From: Auanema rhodensis | Taxonomy: Eukaryota; Animalia; Nematoda | DNA: 64,000 nt | NCBI GenBank assembly: GCA_964057225.1 | Contig: CAXKVF010000087.1 | Span: forward strand, 124,001-188,000 | Direction: 5' to 3' | In this document: piece after piece, positions 41,401 to 54,667 of the stretch | Layout of the letters: every line of letters starts with the position of its first letter | Position numbering within the stretch: position 1 is the first letter of the stretch | The notes under the pieces: model-generated | Told to the model about the DNA's origin: nothing | Seen by the model: only the letters and a program-made list of their open reading frames with translations | Databases searched by the model: none | Program-made: the position numbers and the translations under genes

Positions 41401-42523
41401 TAACCATGACTTTGAATTTTACGTGAACTTTAATTTATGCTAATTAAATGTACACGTGATGTGCACTTGGTATGTAACTCGCTTCACGTGAAAGATAAAG
41501 AGATGCGGTTTTCAAAATTAGATTCCCCATGTCCATATTAGTCTAAAAACAAATTTTTATTGATATTGCTTCATGGTAACCATGACTTTGAAATTTACGT
41601 GAACTTTAATTAATGCTAATTAAATGTACACGTGATGTGCACTTGGTATGTAACTCGCTTCACGTGAAAGATAAAGAGATGCGGTTTTCAAAATTAGATT
41701 CCCCATGTCCATATTAGTCTAAAAACAAATTTTTATTGATATTGCTTCATGGTAACCATGACTTTGAAATTTACGTGAACTTTAATTTATGCTAATTAAA
41801 TGTACACGTGATGTGCACTTGGTATGTAACTCGCTTCACGTGAAAGATAAAGAGATGCGGTTCTCAAAATTAGATTCCCCATGTCCATATTAGTCTAAAA
41901 ACAAATTTTTATTGATATTGGTTCATGGTAACCATGACTTTGAAATTTACGTGAACTTTAATTTATGCTAATTAAATGTACACGTGATGTGCACTTGGTA
42001 TGTAACTCGCTTCACGTGAAAGATAAAGAGATGCGGTTTTCAAAATTAGATTCCCCATGTCCATATTAGTCTAAAAACAAATTTTTATTGATATTGCTTC
42101 ATGGTAACCATGACTTTGAAATTTACGTGAACTTTAATTTATGCTAATTAAATGTACACGTGATGTGCACTTGGTATGTAACTCGCTTCACGTGAAAGAT
42201 AAAGAGGTGCGGTTTTCAAAATTAGAATCCCCATGTCCATATTAGTCTAAAAACAAATTTTTATTGATATTGGTTCATGGTAACCATGACTTTGAAATTT
42301 ACGTGAACTTTAATTTATGCTAATTAAATGTACACGTGATGTGCACTTGGTATGTAACTCGCTTCACGTGAAAGATAAAGAGATGCGGTTTTCAAAATTA
42401 GATTCCCCATGTCCATATTAGTCTAAAAACAAATTTTTATTGATATTGGTTCATGGTAACCATGACTTTGAAATTTACGTGAACTTTAATTTATGCTAAT
42501 TAAATGTACACGTGATGTGCACT

Positions 42524-43227
42524 TGGTATGTAACTCGCTTCACGTGAAAGATAAAGAGATGCGGTTTTCAAAATTAGATTCCCCATGTCCATATTAGTCT
42601 AAAAACAAATTTTTATTGATATTAGTTCATGGTAACCATGACTTTGAAATTTACGTGAACTTTAATTTATGCTAATTAAATGTACACGTGATGTGCACTT
42701 GGTATGTAACTCGCTTCACGTGAAAGATAAAGAGATGCGGTTTTCAAAATTAGAATCCCCATGTCCATATTAGTCTAAAAACAAATTTTTATTGATATTG
42801 GTTCATGGTAACCATGACTTTGAAATTTACGTGAACTTTAATTTATGCTAATTAAATGTACACGTGATGTGCACTTGGTATGTAACTCGCTTCACGTGAA
42901 AGATAAAGAGATGCGGTTTTCAAAATTAGATTCCCCATGTCCATATTAGTCTAAAAACAAATTTTTATTGATATTAGTTCATGGTAACCATGACTTTGAA
43001 ATTTACGTGAACTTTAATTTATGCTAATTAAATGTACACGTGATGTGCACTTGGTATGTAACTCGCTTCACGTGAAAGATAAAGAGATGCGGTTTTCAAA
43101 ATTAGAATCCCCATGTCCATATTAGTCTAAAAACAAATTTTTATTGATATTGGTTCATGGTAACCATGACTTTGAAATTTACGTGAACTTTAATTTATGC
43201 TAATTAAATGTACACGTGATGTGCACT
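42524..43227. repeat. Dimer duplication (M243-244 / M245-246)
   Basis: A 101A monomer plus a 56A monomer, twice. Confidence 0.85.
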
Positions 43228-44811
43228 TGGTATGTAACTCGCTTCACGTGAAAGATAAAGAGATGCGGTTTTCAAAATTAGATTCCCCATGTCCATATTA
43301 GTCTAAAAACAAATTTTTATTGATATTGGTGCATCGTAACCATGACTTTGAAATTTACGTGAACTTTAATTTATGCTAATTAAATGTACACGTGATGTGC
43401 ACTTGGTATGTAACTCGCTTCACGTGAAAGATAAAGAGATGCGGTTTTCAAAATTAGATTCCCCCTGTCCATATTAGTCTAAAAACAAATTTTTATTGAT
43501 ATTGGTTCATGGTAACCATGACTTTGAAATTTACGTGAACTTTAATTTATGCTAATTAAATGTACACGTGATGTGCACTTGGTATGTAACTCGCTTCACG
43601 TGAAAGATAAAGAGATGCGGTTTTCAAAATTAGATTCCCCCTGTCCATATTAGTCTAAAAACAAATTTTTATTGATATTGCTTCATGGTAACCATGACTT
43701 TGAAATTTACGTGAACTTTAATTTATGCTAATTAAATGTACACGTGATGTGCACTTGGTATGTAACTCGCTTCACGTGAAAGATAAAGAGATGCGGTTTT
43801 CAAAATTAGATTCCCCATGTCCATATTAGTCTAAAAACAAATTTTTATTGATATTGGTTCATGGTAACCATGACTTTGAAATTTACGTGAACTTTAATTT
43901 ATGCTAATTAAATGTACACGTGATGTGCACTTGGTATGTAACTCGCTTTACGTGAAAGATAAAGAGATGCGGTTTTCAAAATTAGATTCCCCATGTCCAT
44001 ATTAGTCTAAAAACAAATTTTTATTGATATTGGTGCATGGTAACCATGACTTTGAAATTTACGTGAACTTTAATTTATGCTAATTAAATGTACACGTGAT
44101 GTGCACATGGTATGTAACTCGCTTCACGTGAAAGATGAAGAGATGCGGTTTTCAAAATTAGATTCCCCATGTCCATATTAGTCTAAAAACAAATTTTTAT
44201 TGATATTGGTTCATGGTAACCATGACTTTGAAATTTACGTGAACTTTAATTTATGCTAATTAAATGTACACGTGATGTGCACTTGGTATGTAACTCGCTT
44301 CACGTGAAAGATAAAGAGATGCGGTTTTCAAAATTAGATTCCCCATGTCCATATTAGTCTAAAAACAAATTTTTATTGATATTGGTGCATGGTAACCATG
44401 ACTTTGAAATTTACGTGAACTTTAATTTATGCTAATTAAATGTACACGTGATGTGCACTTGGTATGTAACTCGCTTCACGTGAAAGATAAAGAGATGCGG
44501 TTTTCAAAATTAGATTCCCCATGTCCATATTAGTCTAAAAACAAATTTTTATTGATATTGGTGCATGGTAACCATGACTTTGAAATTTACGTGAACTTTA
44601 ATTTATGCTAATTAAATGTACACGTGATGTGCACTTGGTATGTAACTCGCTTCACGTGAAAGATAAAGAGATGCGTTTTTCAAAATTAGATTCCCCATGT
44701 CCATATTAGTCTAAAAACAAATTTTTATTGATATTGGTTCATGGTAACCATGACTTTGAAATTTACGTGAACTTTAATTTATGCTAATTAAATGTACACG
44801 TGATGTGCACT

Positions 44812-46923
44812 TGGTATGTAACTCGCTTCACGTGAAAGATAAAGAGATGCGGTTTTCAAAATTAGATTCCCCATGTCCATATTAGTCTAAAAACAAATTT
44901 TTATTGATATTGGTTCATGGTAACCATGACTTTGAAATTTACGTGAACTTTAATTAATGCTAATTAAATGTACATGTGATGTGCACTTGGTATGTAACTC
45001 GCTTCACGTGAAAGATAAAGAGATGCGGTTTTCAAAATTAGATTCCCCATGTCGATATTAGTCTAAAAACAAATTTTTATTGATATTGCTTCATGGTAAC
45101 CATGACTTTGAAATTTACGTGAACTTTAATTTATGCTAATTAAATGTACACGTGATGTGCACTTGGTATGTAACTCGCTTCACGTGAAAGATAAAGAGAT
45201 GCGGTTTTCAAAATTAGATTCCCCATGTCCATATTAGTCTAAAAACAAATTTTTATTGATATTGGTTCATGGTAACCATGACTTAGAATTTTACGTGAAC
45301 TTTAATTTATGCTAATTAAATGTACACGTGATGTGCACTTGGTATGTAACTCGCTTCACGTGAAAGATAAAGAAATGCGGTTTTCAAAATTAGATTCCCC
45401 ATGTCCATATTAGTCTAAAAACAAATTTTTATTGATATTGGTGCATGGTAACCATGACTTTGAAATTTACGTGAACTTTAATTTATGCTAATTAAATGTA
45501 CACGTGATGTGCACTTGGTATGTAACTCGCTTCACGTGAAAGATAAAGAGATGCGGTTTTCAAAATTAGATTCCCCATGTCCATATTAGTCTAAAAGCAA
45601 ATTTTTATTGATATTGGTTCATGGTAACCATGACTTTGAATTTTACGTGAACTTTAATTTATGCTAATTAAATGAACACGTGATGTGCACTTGGTATGTA
45701 ACTCGCTTCACGTGAAAGATGAAGAGATGCGGTTTTCAAAATTAGATTCCCCATGTCCATATTAGTCTAAAAACAAATTTTTATTGATATTGGTGCATGG
45801 TAACCATGACTTTGAAATTTACGTGAACTTTAATTTATGCTAATTAAATGTACACGTGATGTGCACTTGGTATGTAACTCGCTTCACGTGAAAGATAAAG
45901 AGATGCGGTTTTCAAAATTAGATTCCCCATGTCCATATTAGTCTAAAAACAAATTTTTATTGATATTGGTTCATGGTAACCATGACTTTGAAATTTACGT
46001 GAACTTTAATTAATGCTAATTAAATGTACACGTGATGTGCACTTGGTATGTAACTCGCTTCACGTGAAAGATAAAGAGATGCGGTTTTCAAAATTAGATT
46101 CCCCATGTCCATATTAGTCTAAAAACAAATTTTTATTGATATTGCTTCATGGTAACCATGACTTTGAAATTTACGTGAACTTTAATTTATGCTAATTAAA
46201 TGTACACGTGATGTGCACTTGGTATGTAACTCGCTTCACGTGAAAGATAAAGAGATGCGGTTTTCAAAATTAGATTCCCCATGTCCATATCAGTCTAAAA
46301 ACAAATTTTTATTGATATTGGTTCATGGTAACCATGACTTTGAATTTTACGTGAACTTTAATTTATGCTAATTAAATGTACACGTGATGTGCACTTGGTA
46401 TGTAACTCGCTTCACGTGAAAGATAAAGAAATGCGGTTTTCAAAATTAGATTCCCCATGTCCATATTAGTCTAAAAACAAATTTTTATTGATATTGGTGC
46501 ATGGTAACCATGACTTTGAAATTTACGTGAACTTTAATTTATGCTAATTAAATGTACACGTGATGTGCACTTGGTATGTAACTCGCTTCACGTGAAAGAT
46601 AAAGAGATGCGGTTTTCAAAATTAGATTCCCCATGTCCATATTAGTCTAAAAGCAAATTTTTATTGATATTGGTTCATGGTAACCATGACTTTGAATTTT
46701 ACGTGAACTTTAATTTATGCTAATTAAATGAACACGTGATGTGCACTTGGTATGTAACTCGCTTCACGTGAAAGATAAAGAGATGCGGTTTTCAAAATTA
46801 GATTCCCCATGTCCATATTAGTCTAAAAACAAATTTTTATTGATATTGGTGCATGGTAACCATGACTTTGAAATTTACGTGAACTTTAATTTATGCTAAT
46901 TAAATGTACACGTGATGTGCACT
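44812..46923. repeat. Diverged 6-mer HOR x2 (M256-261 / M262-267)
   Basis: 145A; GCTT; 126T; 35A; 82G+126T+160A; G at 1056 bp, with private changes in each copy. Confidence 0.8.
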
Positions 46924-49900
46924 TGGTATGTAACTCGCTTCACGTGAAAGATAAAGAGATGCGGTTTTCAAAATTAGATTCCCCATGTCCATATTAGTCT
47001 AAAAACTAATTTTTATTGATATTGGTTCATGGTAACCATGACTTTGAAATTTACGTGAACTTTAATTAATGCTAATTAAATGTACACGTGATGTGCACTT
47101 GGTATGTAACTCGCTTCACGTGAAAGATAAAGAGATGCGGTTTTCAAAATTAGATTCCCCATGTCCATATTAGTCTAAAAACAAATTTTTATTGATATTG
47201 CTTCATGGTAACCATGACTTTGAAATTTACGTGAACTTTAATTTATGCTAATTAAATGTACACGTGATGTGCACTTGGTATGTAACTCGCTTCACGTGAA
47301 AGATAAAGAGATGCGGTTTTCAAAATTAGATTCCCCATGTCCATATTAGTCTAAAAGCAAATTTTTATTGATATTGGTTCATGGTAACCATGACTTTGAA
47401 TTTTACGTGAACTTTAATTTATGCTAATTAAATGAACACGTGATGTGCACTTGGTATGTAACTCGCTTCACGTGAAAGATAAAGAAATGCGGTTTTCAAA
47501 ATTAGATTCCTCATGTCCATATTAGTCTAAAAACAAATTTTTATTGATATTGGTTCATGGTAACCATGACTTTGAAATTTACGTGAACTTTAATTTATGC
47601 TAATTAAATGTACACGTGATGTGCACTTGGTATGTAACTCGCTTCACGTGAAAGATAAAGAGATGCGGTTTTCAAAATTAGATTCCCCATGTCCATATTA
47701 GTCTAAAAACAAATTTTTATTGATATTGCTTCATGGTAACCATGACTTTGAAATTTACGTGAACTTTAATTTATGCTAATTAAATGTACACGTGATGTGC
47801 ACTTGGTATGTAACTCGCTTCACGTGAAAGATAAAGAGATGCGGTTTTCAAAATTAGATTCCCCCTGTCCATATTAGTCTAAAAACAAATTTTTATTGAT
47901 ATTGCTTCATGGTAACCATGACTTTGAAATTTACGTGAACTTTAATTTATGCTAATTAAATGTACACGTGATGTGCACTTGGTATGTAACTCGCTTCACG
48001 TGAAAGATAAAGAGATGCGGTTTTCAAAATTAGATTCCCCATGTCCATATTAGTCTAAAAACAAATTTTTATTGATATTGGTGCATGGTAACCATGACTT
48101 TGAAATTTACGTGAACTTTAATTTATGCTAATTAAATGTACACGTGATGTGCACTTGGTATGTAACTCGCTTCACGTGAAAGATAAAGAGATGCGGTTTT
48201 CAAAATTAGATTCCCCATGTCCATATTAGTCTAAAAACAAATTTTTATTGATATTGGTTCATGGTAACCATGACTTTGAAATTTACGTGAACTTTAATTT
48301 ATGCTAATTAAATGTACACGTGATGTGCACTTGGTATGTAACTCGCTTCACGTGAAAGATAAAGAGATGCGGTTTTCAAAATTAGATTCCCCATGTCCAT
48401 ATTAGTCTAAAAACAAATTTTTATTGATATTGCTTCATGGTAACCATGACTTTGAAATTTACGTGAACTTTAATTTATGCTAATTAAATGTACACGTGAT
48501 GTGCACTTGGTATGTAACTCGCTTCACGTGAAAGATAAAGAGATGCGGTTTTCAAAATTAGATTCCCCATGTCCATATTAGTCTAAAAACAAATTTTTAT
48601 TGATATTGCTTCATGGTAACCATGACTTTGAAATTTACGTGAACTTTAATTTATGCTAATTAAATGTACACGTGATGTGCACTTGGTATGTAACTCGCTT
48701 CACGTGAAAGATAAAGAGATGCGGTTTTCAAAATTAGATTCCCCATGTCCATATTAGTCTAAAAACAAATTTTTATTGATATTGGTTCATGGTAACCATG
48801 ACTTTGAAATTTACGTGAACTTTAATTTATGCTAATTAAATGTACACGTGATGTGCACTTGGTATGTAACTCGCTTCACGTGAAAGATAAAGAGATGCGG
48901 TTTTCAAAATTAGATTCCCCATGTCCATATTAGTCTAAAAACAAATTTTTATTGATATTGGTTCATGGTAACCATGACTTTGAAATTTACGTGAACTTTA
49001 ATTTATGCTAATTAAATGTACACGTGATGTGCACTTGGTATGTAACTCGCTTCACGTGAAAGATAAAGAGATGCGGTTTTCAAAATTAGATTCCCCATGT
49101 CCATATTAGTCTAAAAACAAATTTTTATTGATATTGGTTCATGGTAACCATGACTTTGAAATTTACGTGAACTTTAATTTATGCTAATTAAATGTACACG
49201 TGATGTGCACTTGGTATGTAACTCGCTTCACGTGAAAGATAAAGAGATGCGGTTTTCAAAATTAGATTCCCCATGTCCATATTAGTCTAAAAACAAATTT
49301 TTATTGATATTGGTGCATGGTAACCATGACTTTGAAATTTACGTGAACTTTAATTTATGCTAATTAAATGTACACGTGATGTGCACTTGGTATGTAACTC
49401 GCTTCACGTGAAAGATAAAGAGATGCGGTTTTCAAAATTAGATTCCTCATGTCCATATTAGTCTAAAAACAAATTTTTATTGATATTGGTTCATGGTAAC
49501 CATGACTTTGAAATTTACGTGAACTTTAATTTATGCTAATTAAATGTACACGTGATGTGCACTTGGTATGTAACTCGCTTCACGTGAAAGAAGAAGAGAT
49601 GCGGTTTTCAAAATTAGATTCCCCATGTCCATATTAGTCTAAAAACAAATTTTTATTGATATTGGTTCATGGTAACCATGACTTTGAAATTTACGTGAAC
49701 TTTAATTTATGCTAATTAAATGTACACGTGATGTGCACTTGGTATGTAACTCGCTTCACGTGAAAGATAAAGAGATGCGGTTTTCAAAATTAGATTCCCC
49801 ATGTCCATATTAGTCTAAAAACAAATTTTTATTGATATTGGTGCATGGTAACCATGACTTTGAAATTTACGTGAACTTTAATTTATGCTAATTAAATGTA

Positions 49901-52900
49901 AACGTGATGTGCACTTGGTATGTAACTCGCTTCACGTGAAAGATAAAGAGATGCGGTTTTCAAAATTAGATTCCCCATGTCCATATTAGTCTAAAAACAA
50001 ATTTTTATTGATATTGGTGCATGGTAACCATGACTTTGAAATTTACGTGAACTTTAATTTATGCTAATTAAATGTACACGTGATGTGCACTTGGTATGTA
50101 ACTCGCTTCACGTGAAAGAAGAAGAGATGCGGTTTTCAAAATTAGATTCCCCATGTCCATATTAGTCTAAAAACAAATTTTTATTGATATTGGTTCATGG
50201 TAACCATGACTTTGAAATTTACGTGAACTTTAATTTATGCTAATTAAATGTACACGTGATGTGCACTTGGTATGTAACTCGCTTCACGTGAAAGATAAAG
50301 AGATGCGGTTTTCAAAATTAGATTCCCCATGTCCATATTAGTCTAAAAACAAATTTTTATTGATATTGGTGCATGGTAACCATGACTTTGAAATTTACGT
50401 GAACTTTAATTTATGCTAATTAAATGAACACGTGATGTGCACTTGGTATGTAACTCGCTTCACGTGAAAGATAAAGAAATGCGGTTTTCAAAATTAGATT
50501 CCTCATGTCCATATTAGTCTAAAAACAAATTTTTATTGATATTGGTTCATGGTAACCATGACTTTGAAATTTACGTGAACTTTAATTTATGCTAATTAAA
50601 TGTACACGTGATGTGCACTTGGTATGTAACTCGCTTCACGTGAAAGATAAAGAGATGCGGTTTTCAAAATTAGATTCCCCATGTCCATATTAGTCTAAAA
50701 ACAAATTTTTATTGATATTGCTTCATGGTAACCATGACTTTGAAATTTACGTGAACTTTAATTTATGCTAATTAAATGTACACGTGATGTGCACTTGGTA
50801 TGTAACTCGCTTCACGTGAAAGAAGAAGAGATGCGGTTTTCAAAATTAGATTCCCCATGTCCATATTAGTCTAAAAACAAATTTTTATTGATATTGGTTC
50901 ATGGTAACCATGACTTTGAAATTTACGTGAACTTTAATTTATGCTAATTAAATGTACACGTGATGTGCACTTGGTATGTAACTCGCTTCACGTGAAAGAT
51001 AAAGAGATGCGGTTTTCAAAATTAGATTCCCCATGTCCATATTAGTCTAAAAACAAATTTTTATTGATATTGGTGCATGGTAACCATGACTTTGAAATTT
51101 ACGTGAACTTTAATTTATGCTAATTAAATGTACACGTGATGTGCACTTGGTATGTAACTCGCTTCACGTGAAAGATAAAGAAATGCGGTTTTCAAAATTA
51201 GATTCCCCATGTCCATATTAGTCTAAAAACAAATTTTTATTGATATTGGTTCATGGTAACCATGACTTTGAAATTTACGTGAACTTTAATTTATGCTAAT
51301 TAAATGTACACGTGATGTGCACTTGGTATGTAACTCGCTTCACGTGAAAGATAAAGAGATGCGGTTTTCAAAATTAGATTCCCCATGTCCATATTAGTCT
51401 AAAAACAAATTTTTATTGATATTGGTTCATGGTAACCATGACTTTGAAATTTACGTGAACTTTAATTTATGCTAATTAAATGTACACGTGATGTGCACTT
51501 GGTATGTAACTCGCTTCACGTGAAAGATAAAGAGATGCGGTTTTCAAAATTAGATTCCCCATGTCCATATTAGTCTAAAAACAAATTTTTATTGATATTG
51601 GTGCATGGTAACCATGACTTTGAAATTTACGTGAACTTTAATTTATGCTAATTAAATGTACACGTGATGTGCACTTGGTATGTAACTCGCTTCACGTGAA
51701 AGATAAAGAGATGCGGTTTTCAAAATTAGATTCCTCATGTCCATATTAGTCTAAAAACAAATTTTTATTGATATTGGTGCATGGTAACCATGACTTTGAA
51801 ATTTACGTGAACTTTAATTTATGCTAATTAAATGTACACGTGATGTGCACTTGGTATGTAACTCGCTTCACGTGAAAGAAGAAGAGATGCGGTTTTCAAA
51901 ATTAGATTCCCCATGTCCATATTAGTCTAAAAACAAATTTTTATTGATATTGGTTCATGGTAACCATGACTTTGAAATTTACGTGAACTTTAATTTATGC
52001 TAATTAAATGTACACGTGATGTGCACTTGGTATGTAACTCGCTTCACGTGAAAGATAAAGAGATGCGGTTTTCAAAATTAGATTCCCCATGTCCATATTA
52101 GTCTAAAAACAAATTTTTATTGATATTGGTTCATGGTAACCATGACTTTGAAATTTACGTGAACTTTAATTTATGCTAATTAAATGTACACGTGATGTGC
52201 ACTTGGTATGTAACTCGCTTCACGTGAAAGATAAAGAGATGCGGTTTTCAAAATTAGATTCCCCATGTCCATATTAGTCTAAAAACAAATTTTTATTGAT
52301 ATTGGTGCATGGTAACCATGACTTTGAAATTTACGTGAACTTTAATTTATGCTAATTAAATGTACACGTGATGTGCACTTGGTATGTAACTCGCTTCACG
52401 TGAAAGATAAAGAGATGCGGTTTTCAAAATTAGATTCCTCATGTCCATATTAGTCTAAAAACAAATTTTTATTGATATTGGTTCATGGTAACCATGACTT
52501 TGAAATTTACGTGAACTTTAATTTATGCTAATTAAATGTACAGGTGATGTGCACTTGGTATGTAACTCGCTTCACGTGAAAGATAAAGAGATGCGGTTTT
52601 CAAAATTAGATTCCCCATGTCCATATTAGTCTAAAAACAAATTTTTATTGATATTGGTTCATGGTAACCATGACTTTGAAATTTACGTGAACTTTAATTT
52701 ATGCTAATTAAATGTACACGTGATGTGCACTTGGTATGTAACTCGCTTCACGTGAAAGATAAAGAGATGCGGTTTTCAAAATTAGATTCCCCATGTCCAT
52801 ATTAGTCTAAAAACAAATTTTTATTGATATTGGTGCATGGTAACCATGACTTTGAAATTTACGTGAACTTTAATTTATGCTAATTAAATGTACACGTGAT

Positions 52901-53259
52901 GTGCACTTGGTATGTAACTCGCTTCACGTGAAAGATAAAGAGATGCGGTTTTCAAAATTAGATTCCTCATGTCCATATTAGTCTAAAAACAAATTTTTAT
53001 TGATATTGGTTCATGGTAACCATGACTTTGAAATTTACGTGAACTTTAATTTATGCTAATTAAATGTACACGTGATGTGCACTTGGTATGTAACTCGCTT
53101 CACGTGAAAGAAGAAGAGATGCGGTTTTCAAAATTAGATTCCCCATGTCCATATTAGTCTAAAAACAAATTTTTATTGATATTGGTTCATGGTAACCATG
53201 ACTTTGAAATTTACGTGAACTTTAATTTATGCTAATTAAATGTACACGTGATGTGCACT

Positions 53260-54667
53260 TGGTATGTAACTCGCTTCACGTGAAAGATAAAGAGATGCGG
53301 TTTTCAAAATTAGATTCCCCATGTCCATATTAGTCTAAAAACAAATTTTTATTGATATTGGTGCATGGTAACCATGACTTTGAAATTTACGTGAACTTTA
53401 ATTTATGCTAATTAAATGTACACGTGATGTGCACTTGGTATGTAACTCGCTTCACGTGAAAGATAAAGAGATGCGGTTTTCAAAATTAGATTCCCCATGT
53501 CCATATTAGTCTAAAAACAAATTTTTATTGATATTGGTGCATGGTACCCATGACTTTGAAATTTACGTGAACTTTAATTTATGCTAATTAAATGTACACG
53601 TGATGTGCACTTGGTATGTAACTCGCTTCACGTGAAAGATAAAGAGATGCGGTTTTCAAAATTAGATTCCCCATGTCCATATTAGTCTAAAAACAAATTT
53701 TTATTGATATTGGTTCATGGTAACCATGACTTTGAAATTTACGTGAACTTTAATTTATGCTAATTAAATGTACAGGTGATGTGCACTTGGTATGTAACTC
53801 GCTTCACGTGAAAGATAGAGAGATGCGGTTTTCAAAATTAGATTCCCCATGTCCATATTAGTCTAAAAACAAATTTTTATTGATATTGGTTCATGGTAAC
53901 CATGACTTTGAAATTTACGTGAACTTTAATTTATGCTAATTAAATGTACACGTGATGTGCACTTGGTATGTAACTCGCTTCACGTGAAAGATAAAGAGAT
54001 GCGGTTTTCAAAATTAGATTCCCCATGTCCATATTAGTCTAAAAACAAATTTTTATTGATATTGGTGCATGGTAACCATGACTTTGAAATTTACGTGAAC
54101 TTTAATTTATGCTAATTAAATGTACACGTGATGTGCACTTGGTATGTAACTCGCTTCACGTGAAAGATAAAGAGATGCGGTTTTCAAAATTAGATTCCCC
54201 ATGTCCATATTAGTCTAAAAACAAATTTTTATTGATATTGGTGCATGGTACCCATGACTTTGAAATTTACGTGAACTTTAATTTATGCTAATTAAATGTA
54301 CACGTGATGTGCACTTGGTATGTAACTCGCTTCACGTGAAAGATAAAGAGATGCGGTTTTCAAAATTAGATTCCCCATGTCCATATTAGTCTAAAAACAA
54401 ATTTTTATTGATATTGGTTCATGGTAACCATGACTTTGAAATTTACGTGAACTTTAATTTATGCTAATTAAATGTACAGGTGATGTGCACTTGGTATGTA
54501 ACTCGCTTCACGTGAAAGATAGAGAGATGCGGTTTTCAAAATTAGATTCCCCATGTCCATATTAGTCTAAAAACAAATTTTTATTGATATTGGTTCATGG
54601 TAACCATGACTTTGAAATTTACGTGAACTTTAATTTATGCTAATTAAATGTACACGTGATGTGCACT
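53260..54667. repeat. 4-mer HOR x2 (M304-307 / M308-311)
   Basis: G; 112C (creates GGTACC); 164G; 31G, repeated at 704 bp. Confidence 0.9.
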
